The translations under genes and the position numbers were made by a program. DNA of 64,000 bases from an uncultured Actinomycetota bacterium. Lineage in GTDB: Bacteria > Actinomycetota > Actinomycetes > CAVWCF01. The DNA is taken from positions 1,152,001-1,216,000 of the forward strand of contig CAVWCF010000001.1 in the NCBI GenBank assembly GCA_963753435.1, given 5' to 3'. The notes beneath the pieces were generated by a model. It had not been told where the DNA came from and did no database searches. It saw only the letters and a list, made by a program, of their open reading frames with translations. How positions within the stretch are numbered: the stretch's first letter is position 1; the number at the start of each line of letters is the position of its first letter. Shown here piece by piece: positions 11,980 through 20,682 of the stretch.

Positions 11980-13230
11980 GTGACGTCGATGCCCGCCGCC
12001 GCCACCTCGCTGGTCGCCCGCACGTGGGCGGTCGCGGACACCGACCCGCTGCTGACCCGGCTGCCCGCCCAGGGCGGCTTCGCCTGGGTCCACCACCACT
12101 CCGGGCTCGTCGGCTGGGGTGAGGTGGCGCGCCTGCAGGTGCGCGGTCCGGACCGATTCGCCCAAGCGCAGCGGTGGTGGCGGGAGTTGACCGCCCAGGC
12201 CGTCGTCCGCGACGAGGTCGGGGTCCCCGGTTCGGGGCTGCTCGCCTTCGGCTCCTTCGCGTTCGAGGACGCCGACGAGTCCGTGCTGGTCGTGCCCGAG
12301 GTCATCCTCGGTCGCCGCGACGGAATCACGTTCGTCACCGCGATCGCCGCCGGGGACCGGCTGCCGGCCCAGCCGGACCTGCCCGCAGTCGCCGAACCCG
12401 AAGCGCCCGCGGTCACGTTCTCCGACGGGACCCTGCCCGGAGCGGTCTGGGTGGGCATGGTCGCCGACGCGGTCGCCCGCATCGGCCGCGGTGACGTCGA
12501 CAAGGTGGTCCTGGCCCACGACGTGGTCGCCACGGCCGAGCAGCCGTTGGATTGGCGCTGGCCGCTGACCCGGCTGGCGCAGCGCTTCCCCGGCTGTTGG
12601 ACGTTCGCCGTGGACGGGTTGATCGGTGCCAGCCCGGAGATGTTGGTGCGGCTGGAACGCGGCCTGGTCACCTCCCGGGTGCTGGCGGGCACGATCCGCC
12701 GCACCGGCGACGACGCCGCCGACGCAGCGTTGGCCGGGTCGCTGGCCCGCTCGTCGAAGGACCTGGAGGAGCACGAGTACGCCGTCCGGTCCGTCGCCGA
12801 GGCGCTGGCGCCGCACTGCTCGTCGACGTCGCTGCCGGAGGCGCCGTACGTGCTGCACCTGCCCAACGTGATGCATCTGGCCACCGACGTGGCCGGGGTC
12901 ATCGACGACGGTTCGACGTCGCTGGAACTGGCCGCTTCGCTGCACCCCAGCGCGGCGGTGTGCGGGACGCCGACCGAAGCCGCCGCAGCGCTGATCGCGG
13001 AGTTGGAGGACATGCCCCGCGGCCGCTACGCCGGGCCGGTCGGCTGGATGAACACCGCCGGTGACGGCGAGTGGGCGTTGGCGCTGCGCTGCGGTCAGGT
13101 CGACGCCGCGGATCCGGCGCGGGTCCGGCTGTTCGCCGGCTGCGGGATCGTCGCCGGGTCGGACCCGGGCGCGGAGCTGGTCGAAGCCAACGCAAAATTC
13201 CTAGCTATGCGCGAGGCGCTCGGCGACTGA
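11980..13230 (+). CDS. menF: Isochorismate synthase
   Basis: KVVLA, GASPEML, LAGT, KDLEEH, HLAT, LHPSAAVCG, RGRYAGPVGW, FAGCGIV. Confidence 0.9.
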   Translation: MTSMPAAATSLVARTWAVADTDPLLTRLPAQGGFAWVHHHSGLVGWGEVARLQVRGPDRFAQAQRWWRELTAQAVVRDEVGVPGSGLLAFGSFAFEDADESVLVVPEVILGRRDGITFVTAIAAGDRLPAQPDLPAVAEPEAPAVTFSDGTLPGAVWVGMVADAVARIGRGDVDKVVLAHDVVATAEQPLDWRWPLTRLAQRFPGCWTFAVDGLIGASPEMLVRLERGLVTSRVLAGTIRRTGDDAADAALAGSLARSSKDLEEHEYAVRSVAEALAPHCSSTSLPEAPYVLHLPNVMHLATDVAGVIDDGSTSLELAASLHPSAAVCGTPTEAAAALIAELEDMPRGRYAGPVGWMNTAGDGEWALALRCGQVDAADPARVRLFAGCGIVAGSDPGAELVEANAKFLAMREALGD

Positions 13231-13242
13231 TAGACACGCGGG

Positions 13243-14142
13243 GTGAACCCCCGGGACGCCAGCCTCTTGGTGCTCCTGGCCGCGATCTTCGGTTCCTCGT
13301 TCCTGTTCATGCGGATCGCCGCGCCCGACGTCGGCCCGTTCATGGTGGCCGGTGTTCGCGTCGGCATCGCCGCTGTCGTACTGCTGGCCGTATTGGTGCT
13401 GCGGCGTGAGGTCGGCCGGCTCAAGGAGCACGCGCGTCCGCTGGCGATTGTCGGGCTGGTGTTCGTCGCCATCCCCTTCACGCTGATCTCCGCCGCCGAA
13501 CTGCACCTGACCGCTTCCCTGGCTTCGGTGCTGAACGCATTGGTCCCCGCCTGGGGAATCGTGGTCGCGGCGATCGCCTACTCCCAGCCGATAACCGCCA
13601 AACGGCTGCTGGGGGCGGCCAGCGGTCTGGTCGGCGTGGCGCTGGCCGTCGGGTTGGGCACCCTGGGGTGGTCCTGGGCGTCCGCGCTCGCGGTCGGGGC
13701 GATGCTGCTGGCGACACTCGGCTACGCGGTCGGCAGCGTCGCGGCGGCGCGACTGCTGTCCGGGGTGCCGCCGCAGGTGACGACGACCGGGTTGATGATC
13801 TCCGCGACCGCTTGGCTGGCGGTGCCGATGGCGCTCACCTGGCCGGACAGCCGACCGGAGACGGACACGATCTGGTCGCTCATCACCCTGGGCGTGCTGT
13901 GCACCGGGTTCGCGTTCGGGATCTTCTTCGTGCTGCTGGCGCGGATCGGGCCGGTGGGTTCGACGTCGGTGACGTTCCTGGCGCCGATCTTCGGGATCCT
14001 GTTCGGGGTTTTGTTCCTGTCGGAGCGGCTGAGCGCGGGCCTGTTCCTGGGCTTGCTGTTCGTGTTGACCGGCGTGGCACTGATCACGGACACCCGGTTG
14101 TCCACACTGCGCCCGACGGCCCGGCCGGGCGTTCCCGGCTAG
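13243..14142 (+). CDS. DMT/EamA family transporter
   Basis: ~10 hydrophobic segments; IFGSSFLFMRIA and LGVLCTGFAFGIFF..IGP...VTFLAP EamA repeat motifs. Confidence 0.88.
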   Translation: MNPRDASLLVLLAAIFGSSFLFMRIAAPDVGPFMVAGVRVGIAAVVLLAVLVLRREVGRLKEHARPLAIVGLVFVAIPFTLISAAELHLTASLASVLNALVPAWGIVVAAIAYSQPITAKRLLGAASGLVGVALAVGLGTLGWSWASALAVGAMLLATLGYAVGSVAAARLLSGVPPQVTTTGLMISATAWLAVPMALTWPDSRPETDTIWSLITLGVLCTGFAFGIFFVLLARIGPVGSTSVTFLAPIFGILFGVLFLSERLSAGLFLGLLFVLTGVALITDTRLSTLRPTARPGVPG

Positions 14143-14185
14143 CGGGAGCGGGTCACCGGCGGCAGGACCGCTTCGATCACCCGCA
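14128..14185. repeat. Left copy of 58-bp direct repeat (duplicated menD 3' end / DMT stop junction)
   Basis: 53/58 identical to 15478-15535; minus strand reads RVIEAVLPPVTRSR* versus menD RVIEAVLPPVTRAR*. Confidence 0.9.
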
Positions 14186-14260
14186 GGCTCGCAACGTTCG
14201 GCAAGCCGAGCCGCGTGAGAGTGCCTCGCAGCGCCTCCGACTGCAACGTTGCGGCGGAAA

Positions 14261-14317
14261 CGCAACATTCGGACCGGATCGCATCCCCTCCGGATGCGAT
14301 TGGGCTACACGGTTGCG
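14261..14317. repeat. 57-bp spaced palindrome, copy 1
   Basis: CGCAAC(14261)-N14-GCATCC(14281)-N5-GGATGC(14292)-N14-GTTGCG(14312). Confidence 0.9.
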
Positions 14318-14355
14318 TTCCGACCCTGGGGATTCACCAAGAAGCGGCCGGACAC

Positions 14356-15330
14356 TCACGCCGCCCGCCGCATCGCCGACCGGATCCGAGCGGCCACCGG
14401 CGCGAAGTCGCGATAGGCCTCATCCCAACCCCACCGGATCACGGTGAACCCCATGGCGCGCAAGTCGTCCTCACGCCGCTTCTCGGCATAAAGCACATCC
14501 GGGTCGTCGTACTTGCTGCGCCCATCGAACTCGCCGATGACGCCGCCGTCCCAAAGGAAGTCGACGCGGTACCGGCCTCGCGGCCCCTTGACCTCCACCT
14601 GCAGTTGCGGCGGTGGCAACCCCGAAGCCGCGATGGCCACCCGGCTCACGCTCTCCCCAGCGCTCTCGGCGAGCGGGCTGGCGAACGCGAAGGTTCGCCG
14701 GATCGCAGCGGCACCCTTGCCAAGCGGCTGGTCGCCCAACGAACTCCGCATAACTCGCTCGTGCAGTTGGTCCTGGCTGACGAGGCCGGCAGCGAGCAAC
14801 CCGTCAACGGTGACCACAGCCGCTCGAAGGTCACCCAGCCGGCTGACGTCGAGCGCTGTTCGCAGCGGGCTGGTCATGCGCACCGGACCATCGCTGACTT
14901 CGTCGTCGGCGAGATCGGCGCGGTGGAGGACTCGATACGGCTGACTGCGCACCCACGTGGGTCTCGTGACGTGTACTGGGCCGCCGTGGTGCAGCACCGG
15001 GACGCCGAGCAGTTCCGCGGCGCTGAAGTGGCTGGCCACCGTCGGGGCTCCGGTCACCAGCGTGACGGCGGCGATCCTGGCTCGGTGCCGCTCACCTAGG
15101 CCCCAGGCCACCCATTGGTCCGTCCCCACGTAGCCGCCGCGAACAATTGACGTCCAGTCGCCCCGGTCGACGTGCGACCTGACCTCCTTGGCGGTGAAGC
15201 CCACTGACATGGCCTGGCCGGCCGTAAACGCACCGAACTGCTGGGCGGCGATACCTGCGAGTAAGGGATCCACGCGCGCAGGCTGCCGCTGACGTGGGCT
15301 GAACGTTTCGGCCATCCACAGTCGCCGCAC
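14356..15330 (-). CDS. AbiEi-like N-terminal HTH plus C-terminal DUF559/VSR-like PD-(D/E)xK nuclease-domain protein
   Basis: IAAQQFGAFTAGQA..RGGY (AbiEi_4-like), ASHFSAAELLG, TSPLRTALD, AESAGES..GLPPPQLQ..RVDFLW..GEFDG..KY..EKRREDDLRAMGFTVIRW; family recognised by eye. Confidence 0.75.
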   Translation of the reverse strand: MRRLWMAETFSPRQRQPARVDPLLAGIAAQQFGAFTAGQAMSVGFTAKEVRSHVDRGDWTSIVRGGYVGTDQWVAWGLGERHRARIAAVTLVTGAPTVASHFSAAELLGVPVLHHGGPVHVTRPTWVRSQPYRVLHRADLADDEVSDGPVRMTSPLRTALDVSRLGDLRAAVVTVDGLLAAGLVSQDQLHERVMRSSLGDQPLGKGAAAIRRTFAFASPLAESAGESVSRVAIAASGLPPPQLQVEVKGPRGRYRVDFLWDGGVIGEFDGRSKYDDPDVLYAEKRREDDLRAMGFTVIRWGWDEAYRDFAPVAARIRSAMRRAA

Positions 15331-15345
15331 GACTCATGGGCCAAA

Positions 15346-15402
15346 CGCAACATGCGCTCCGAGAAGCATCCGGGCCGGATGCGATCTGGGGCCGCCGTTG
15401 CG
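15346..15402. repeat. 57-bp spaced palindrome, copy 2
   Basis: CGCAAC(15346)-N14-GCATCC(15366)-N5-GGATGC(15377)-N14-GTTGCG(15397); extra GTTGCG at 15416 and 15464. Confidence 0.9.
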
Positions 15403-15477
15403 GGTCAGCGGTGAGGTTGCGAATCGGGGGCCGCGGGTCAGCGGGTGCCGGGTCAGCGGGGAGGTTGCGAGACGGGA

Positions 15478-15535
15478 GGCGTGCCCGGCTAGCGGGCGCG
15501 GGTGACTGGCGGCAGGACCGCTTCGATCACGCGCA
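15478..15535. repeat. Right copy of 58-bp direct repeat (functional menD 3' end)
   Basis: Aligns to 14128-14185 at an offset of exactly 1350 bp. Confidence 0.9.
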
Positions 15536-17132
15536 ATCCGTTGCCCACCGAGTCCGACAGGGCCTTGGCCAGCGACTCCGCGTCAGTCACCGCCGTGTGC
15601 GCCCACCCGGTTGCCGCGCACAGCCCGCCGATGTCGACGCCGTGCGGGGTGCCGAACAGCCGGTCGAACGCCGCCGCGTGCTGCGGTGCGCCCTGCTCCA
15701 GCAGCTTGAACAGCCCGCCGCCGGCGTTGTTGGACACAACCACGACCAGGTCGGGCCTCGGCTCGTCGGGGCCGATCGCCAGGCCGGCGGCGTCGTGCAG
15801 GAACGCCACGTCGCCGACGTAGGCGGCTGCCGGTCCCCCGCCGCGGGCCTGCCAGGACAGGGCCGCGCCGACGGCCGTGGACGTGGTGCCGTCGATCCCG
15901 GCCGCGCCCCGGTTGGCGACGACCGTGACGCCGTCACGCAACTGCGCCCAGGCCAGGTCCCGCACCGGCAGTGACGAGGCCGCCACGAGCAGCGAGCCAG
16001 CCGGCAGTGCAGCCATCACTTCGGTGGCAACGATGCGTCCGTCCCACTCGTCCAGCGAATACCGCTCGGCGCGGGCGGCGTCCGCCTCCCGCCAGGCGTT
16101 CAGCCAGGCGTCGTCGTGCGGGTGGTGGTCGCCGGGGTGCGGCACCGCGGCGTGCACACGCGACGCCAGCCGGGGCGCGTCCGGCCACCAGGGGCTCGGG
16201 GAGGCGATCTCCACGGACACACCGGGTTCGCGCATCAACCGCTGCACCGACCGCCACAGCGTCGGACGGCCCACCACGATGATCCGGTCCGGGCGGTTGG
16301 CCGACAGCCAGCGGTGGTCGTCGATGAGCAGTTGTCCCAGGCGCAGTGCGTTCGGTCCGGTGCGCGCGTTGCCGCACGGTTCGGCGATCACCGGCCAGCC
16401 GCGGCCTTCGGCGAGCAGCACGGCCGCCTGACCCCACGCGGGCGGGCAGTCGCCGACGACGACCAGGGTGCGTTCGGGCCGCGGGTCGACCGCCGGGGGT
16501 TCGGCGATCGGCGCGGAGTCCACGACCGTCCAGCGGGCGCCGCCGTCGCGGCCGTCCAAGGATTCGATCCAGTCGCCGGAGTCCGGCACCAACGGCTCGC
16601 GGAACGGCAGGTTCAGGTGCACCGGCCCGGGGTCCAGGGTGCGAGTGCCGCGCGCGGCCGCCAGGGTCCGGCAGACCAGCGAGCGCCAGTACGCGACCGA
16701 CCCGACGCGCTCCTCCGGCACACCGACCTCGTGGAAGAACCGCACCTCCGAGCCGAACAGCTGCAACTGGTCCACGGTCTGGTTGGCGCCGGCGCTGCGC
16801 AGTTCCGGGGGCCGGTCGGCGGTCATGGCGATGATCGGCACCTCGGCGTAGGAGGCCTCGGTGATGGCCGGGTGCAGGTTGGCCGCAGCGGTGCCGGAGG
16901 TGGTGACGACGGGGACCGGGGTGTCGGACAACTTCGCCAGACCCAGGGCGGTGAAGGCGGCGGCGCGTTCATCCAGGCGCACGTGCAGACGCAGCCGTCC
17001 GGCCTTGTCGGCGTCGTGCAGGGCGTAGGCGATTGGGGCCGAGCGCGACCCCGGCGCGATGACGGCCTCGCGGACCCCGCCGCGGATGAGTTCGTCGACG
17101 AGGACGCGGGCCATGGCGGTGGCTCCGTTCAC
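15489..17132 (-). CDS. menD: SEPHCHC synthase (2-succinyl-5-enolpyruvyl-6-hydroxy-3-cyclohexene-1-carboxylate synthase)
   Basis: APGSRSAP, DERAAAFTALGLAK, TTSGTAAANL, TADRP, ANRGAAGIDG, GDVAFLHD, NNAGGGLF. Confidence 0.96.
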   Translation of the reverse strand: MNGATAMARVLVDELIRGGVREAVIAPGSRSAPIAYALHDADKAGRLRLHVRLDERAAAFTALGLAKLSDTPVPVVTTSGTAAANLHPAITEASYAEVPIIAMTADRPPELRSAGANQTVDQLQLFGSEVRFFHEVGVPEERVGSVAYWRSLVCRTLAAARGTRTLDPGPVHLNLPFREPLVPDSGDWIESLDGRDGGARWTVVDSAPIAEPPAVDPRPERTLVVVGDCPPAWGQAAVLLAEGRGWPVIAEPCGNARTGPNALRLGQLLIDDHRWLSANRPDRIIVVGRPTLWRSVQRLMREPGVSVEIASPSPWWPDAPRLASRVHAAVPHPGDHHPHDDAWLNAWREADAARAERYSLDEWDGRIVATEVMAALPAGSLLVAASSLPVRDLAWAQLRDGVTVVANRGAAGIDGTTSTAVGAALSWQARGGGPAAAYVGDVAFLHDAAGLAIGPDEPRPDLVVVVSNNAGGGLFKLLEQGAPQHAAAFDRLFGTPHGVDIGGLCAATGWAHTAVTDAESLAKALSDSVGNGLRVIEAVLPPVTRAR

Positions 17133-18082
17133 GACTCACCTCCGGTGAACGCCTGTACACGTATCAGTCTGTCCCGCCAGGCGGCTTCCGTCACCGGGTC
17201 TGGCGAAAGTTGTGCCAGAAGGCCCAGGTCCGGCTCGACCGGGCGCACACGCAGGACGCCGCCGGCCGGGACCAGGGGCTCGGGGGTCACGTCGGCGGCC
17301 AGCAGTGCCGCCGTGCCCAGCCCGCAGGCGAACGGCAGTTCCGGCAGCGCCGCCGCCAACGCCAGCCCGGCGGCGAGGCCGACGCTGGACTCCACCGCCG
17401 AGGACACCACGCACGGCAGGCCGATGCGTTCGGCCAGGTCCAGGCAGGCGCGCACCCCGCCCAGCGGGGCGACCTTGAGGACGACCACGTCGGCCGCGTC
17501 GAGCTCAGCCACGCGCAGCGGGTCGTCGGCGCGGCGGATCGACTCGTCCGCGGCAATCCGCACGTGCGTGTTGCGGCGCAGCGCGGCCAGCTCTTCGACG
17601 GTCGCGCACGGTTGTTCGGCGTACTCCAGGCCACCGGCAGCGCGGTCCAGGTCGCGCAGCGCGACGACCGCCTCCTCGACGGTCCACGCGCCGTTGGCGT
17701 CGACGCGGACCCGGCCGGTTGGGCCCACGGCGTCGCGCACCGCGGCCACGCGTTCGATGTCGGCGATGAGGGTCTGGCCGGGTTCGGCGACTTTGACCTT
17801 GGCGGTGGCACACCCGGCGTCGCGCGCGAGTTGCCGCGCGACCGCGGCGTCGACTGCGGGGACGATGGAGTTGACCGGCACCACGTCGCGGACCGGCTGC
17901 GGCCAGCCATCGAAAGCGGCCTCGTGCGCGGCCTGCCACCAGGGCACGCATTCGGCGTCGGCGTACTCGGTGAAAGGGGAGAACTCACCCCACCCGGCCG
18001 GGCCTTGGACCAGCACCCCTTCGCGCGCGGACAGACCCCGAAACGGCACCCGCATCGGCAGGCTGAACACGACCGGGGTCAC
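17129..18082 (-). CDS. menC: o-succinylbenzoate synthase
   Basis: GWGEFSPF, TAKVKVA, RVDANGAW, YAEQP, IAADES, VVSSAVES. Confidence 0.94.
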   Translation of the reverse strand: MTPVVFSLPMRVPFRGLSAREGVLVQGPAGWGEFSPFTEYADAECVPWWQAAHEAAFDGWPQPVRDVVPVNSIVPAVDAAVARQLARDAGCATAKVKVAEPGQTLIADIERVAAVRDAVGPTGRVRVDANGAWTVEEAVVALRDLDRAAGGLEYAEQPCATVEELAALRRNTHVRIAADESIRRADDPLRVAELDAADVVVLKVAPLGGVRACLDLAERIGLPCVVSSAVESSVGLAAGLALAAALPELPFACGLGTAALLAADVTPEPLVPAGGVLRVRPVEPDLGLLAQLSPDPVTEAAWRDRLIRVQAFTGGES

Positions 18083-18100
18083 CGCCGTAAGTTAGCGGCC

Positions 18101-19021
18101 GTGACCAGCAGCGTTTCGGAGATCTTCGACCCGTCGCAGTGGCGGGAGGTCGAGGGGTTCGACTTCACCGACATCACCTATCACCGGCATGTGCGCGACG
18201 GCGCGGACGCGGGCACGGTGCGCATCGCGTTCAACCGGCCGGAGGTGCGCAACGCGTTCCGCCCGCACACGGTGGACGAGTTGTATCGCGCGCTGGATCA
18301 CGCGCGGATGACGTCGGACGTCGGGTGCGTGCTGCTCACCGGCAACGGGCCGAGCCCGAAGGACGGCGGCTGGGCGTTCTGCTCCGGTGGGGATCAGCGC
18401 ATCCGCGGCCGCGACGGCTACCGCTACGCCGAGGGCGAGACCGCCGAATCCATCGACCCGGCGCGGGCTGGGCGGCTGCACATCCTGGAGGTGCAGCGGC
18501 TGATCCGGTTCATGCCCAAGGTGGTCATCGCGGTGGTGCCCGGTTGGGCGGCCGGCGGCGGGCATTCGCTGCACGTGGTGTGCGACCTGACGCTGGCCAG
18601 CGCGGAGCACGGGCGGTTCAAGCAGACCGACCCGGCGGTCGGTTCGTTCGACGGCGGCTACGGCAGCGCGTACCTGGCCAAGATGGTGGGGCAGAAGTTC
18701 GCTCGGGAGATCTTCTTCATCGGCGCGGAGTACTCCGCCGAGCAGGCGCACCACATGGGCATGGTCAACGCCGTCGTCCCGCACGCCGAACTGGAGTCGG
18801 TGGCGCTGGAGTGGGCCGATGCCGTCAACGCCAAGTCCCCCACGGGAATCCGGATGCTGAAGTACGCGTTCAACCTGACGGATGACGGAATGGTCGGTCA
18901 GCAGGTGTTCGCCGGGGAGGCCACTCGCCTGGCGTACATGACGGACGAAGCGGCCGAGGGCCGGGACGCGTTCCTGGAGAAGCGGGACCCGGACTGGTCA
19001 CCGTTCCCCTGGTACTTCTGA
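18101..19021 (+). CDS. menB: 1,4-dihydroxy-2-naphthoyl-CoA synthase
   Basis: FNRPEVRNAFRP, AFCSGGDQR, GGGHSLHVVCD, GSFDGGYG; start GTG 18101. Confidence 0.96.
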   Translation: MTSSVSEIFDPSQWREVEGFDFTDITYHRHVRDGADAGTVRIAFNRPEVRNAFRPHTVDELYRALDHARMTSDVGCVLLTGNGPSPKDGGWAFCSGGDQRIRGRDGYRYAEGETAESIDPARAGRLHILEVQRLIRFMPKVVIAVVPGWAAGGGHSLHVVCDLTLASAEHGRFKQTDPAVGSFDGGYGSAYLAKMVGQKFAREIFFIGAEYSAEQAHHMGMVNAVVPHAELESVALEWADAVNAKSPTGIRMLKYAFNLTDDGMVGQQVFAGEATRLAYMTDEAAEGRDAFLEKRDPDWSPFPWYF

Positions 19022-19067
19022 CCGCTGGCGTCCTGGCAGCCGTCAGCTTCGACGAGGAGGTCACGGC

Positions 19068-19535
19068 GTGGAGGTCAAGGAACTCGGCCACTTGGTGCTC
19101 TACGTGCGCGACCTGGATCGGTCGGTGCGCTTCTACCGCGACGTGCTCGGCTGGCGGCAGATCCTGGGCGGCGGGAACTCGCCGCTGCCGTTCCCGGCGG
19201 CGGCGTTCAACGCGCCGTCCAACCGCACCCATCACGAGTTGCTGTTGATCGAGGTGGGTGCCGACGCGACCGCGATTCCGGCGGGTCGCCGGGTGGGCAT
19301 GTATCACTTCGGGTTGAAGGTCGGCGACAGCGACGACGAGTTGCGCGAGGTGCTGGCGACGCTGCAAGCCAACGACGTACCGATCACCGGCGCCAGCGAC
19401 CACACGGTCACGCACAGCCTCTACATCGCCGACCCCGACGGCAACGAGATCGAGTTGTACGTCGACGTACCCGGTGTGGACTGGAAGTCCGATCCCGCGC
19501 TGATCGCGGCGCCGATCAGGCCGCTGCGGCTCTGA
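19068..19535 (+). CDS. VOC/glyoxalase family protein
   Basis: LGHLVLYVRDLDRSVRFY, HHELLL, YHFG, SLYIADPDGNEIELY. Confidence 0.88.
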   Translation: MEVKELGHLVLYVRDLDRSVRFYRDVLGWRQILGGGNSPLPFPAAAFNAPSNRTHHELLLIEVGADATAIPAGRRVGMYHFGLKVGDSDDELREVLATLQANDVPITGASDHTVTHSLYIADPDGNEIELYVDVPGVDWKSDPALIAAPIRPLRL

Positions 19536-19587
19536 CGCTGCGGTCTCGGCTATTGGTTGTCCGGGCATTTGTCCGTACAGTTCTCCC

Positions 19588-19866
19588 ATGGCCAAGACCG
19601 CCCGCCTTGAGGTGCGCCTGACCTCGGAGCTGAAGGCGCAGATCGAATCCCTGGCAGCCGAGCAGGGCGCGACGGCGAGCGACTTCGTTCGATCCGTCAT
19701 CGAGGAGCGGCTGGAGGAGTTGCTACAGCGCTCGCAGCGATACACGTTCGTCTCGCCGGAGTACTTCGACTGGCTGATGCGCTGGCTGGACGAGCCACCG
19801 GAACCCCTGCCGCCGACCATGCGCCGCGCGATGGAACGCTGGCGGCAGAACAACCCCGCCGACTGA
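19588..19866 (+). CDS. DUF1778/RHH antitoxin (TacA/AtaR-like)
   Basis: KTARLEVRLTSELKAQIE..A..G...SDFV..., LDEPPEP..TMRRAM; directly upstream of a GNAT gene. Confidence 0.82.
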   Translation: MAKTARLEVRLTSELKAQIESLAAEQGATASDFVRSVIEERLEELLQRSQRYTFVSPEYFDWLMRWLDEPPEPLPPTMRRAMERWRQNNPAD

Positions 19867-19869
19867 CGG

Positions 19870-20349
19870 GTGGCGACGACCAGTCCGCTGCGTCCCGATT
19901 GCGTGCTGCGGGGCTTCGATTGCGGCGTACCCGACCTGAACACTTGGCTGGTTGCGCATGCCGAAAGATCCGAGCGCGCCCGACAGAGCCGGACGTTCGT
20001 CGCTGAGTCCGGCGGCAGAGTCGTGGGCTACTACGCCCTTGCCGCCCATGCAGTCGCTGCCAGCGACCTCCCTGCTCGGTGGCAGCGAGGGGCGCCGCGA
20101 AGCGTCCCCGCCGTGCTGTTGGCGAAGCTGGCGGTAGACCTCTCAGCGCAGGGCCATGGTCTTGGCGCGGACTTGGTCGTCGATGCGTTTCAGCGAGTCC
20201 TGTCGGCCGCCGAACAGGTCGGTACTCGCGTGCTGGTCGTGGACGCCATCGACGACTCCGCGAAGAACTTCTACTTGCGGCTCGGCTTCGTCCGCACCTC
20301 ATCTTCGCAGCGCCTTATGCAGAAGCTGAGTTGGGCGGCTCAGCGCTAG
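19870..20349 (+). CDS. GNAT-fold toxin (TacT/AtaT-like)
   Basis: FDCGVPDLNTWL, VVGYYAL, VPAVLLAKLAVD..QGHGLGADL, VDAIDDSAKNFY..LGF. Confidence 0.85.
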   Translation: MATTSPLRPDCVLRGFDCGVPDLNTWLVAHAERSERARQSRTFVAESGGRVVGYYALAAHAVAASDLPARWQRGAPRSVPAVLLAKLAVDLSAQGHGLGADLVVDAFQRVLSAAEQVGTRVLVVDAIDDSAKNFYLRLGFVRTSSSQRLMQKLSWAAQR

Positions 20350-20361
20350 GCGACTAGAACA

Positions 20362-20682
20362 TCACCAGACCAGGCCGAGGGCGGCATGCAGGCCCTGCTC
20401 AACGCGGCGCATTGTGTCTCGCGAAACGGCGCCGGCCTCGCCGGTCACCTCGTGTCGGTAGACCACGCCGATCTCGTCACACAAGACCCGGCCCACTAGC
20501 GGGTCGAGTGGACCCAACTCGACGACAGAAGCGAGCGCGGGCTTTCGGCTCGTTGTGATCCGGACCGCGAGGAACGAGTCGAGAGCTCGATTGCGCTGAT
20601 TGCCCGATACGACCAGGAAGGGCTTGATCTCACCGACCTCGGCGATTCGGGCGAAGTAGCACCGCCCCCGAGTGGGGATCAC
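20362..20682 (-). CDS. PemK/MazF family endoribonuclease toxin
   Basis: RGRCY...KPFLVVSGNQRN...VRITT..., G.V...MRRVEQGLHAALGL. Confidence 0.82.
   Translation of the reverse strand: MIPTRGRCYFARIAEVGEIKPFLVVSGNQRNRALDSFLAVRITTSRKPALASVVELGPLDPLVGRVLCDEIGVVYRHEVTGEAGAVSRDTMRRVEQGLHAALGLVW

Larger units (their letters stand above)
14188..15471. mobile_element. Putative inserted cassette: nuclease-like gene flanked by palindromic repeats, terminal inverted repeats and direct repeats
   Basis: CTCGCAAC at 14188-14195 and GTTGCGAG at 15464-15471 lie just inside the 58-bp direct repeats; two 57-bp palindromes bracket the gene. No transposase or integrase recognised. Confidence 0.6.

Noticed and set aside
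14281-14297. GGATG/GCATC cores as type IIS restriction-site or E. coli REP homology
   Set aside because: The resemblance is limited to 5-6 bp, there is no GTAG tetranucleotide foot, and no methyltransferase or RAYT gene is in the window.
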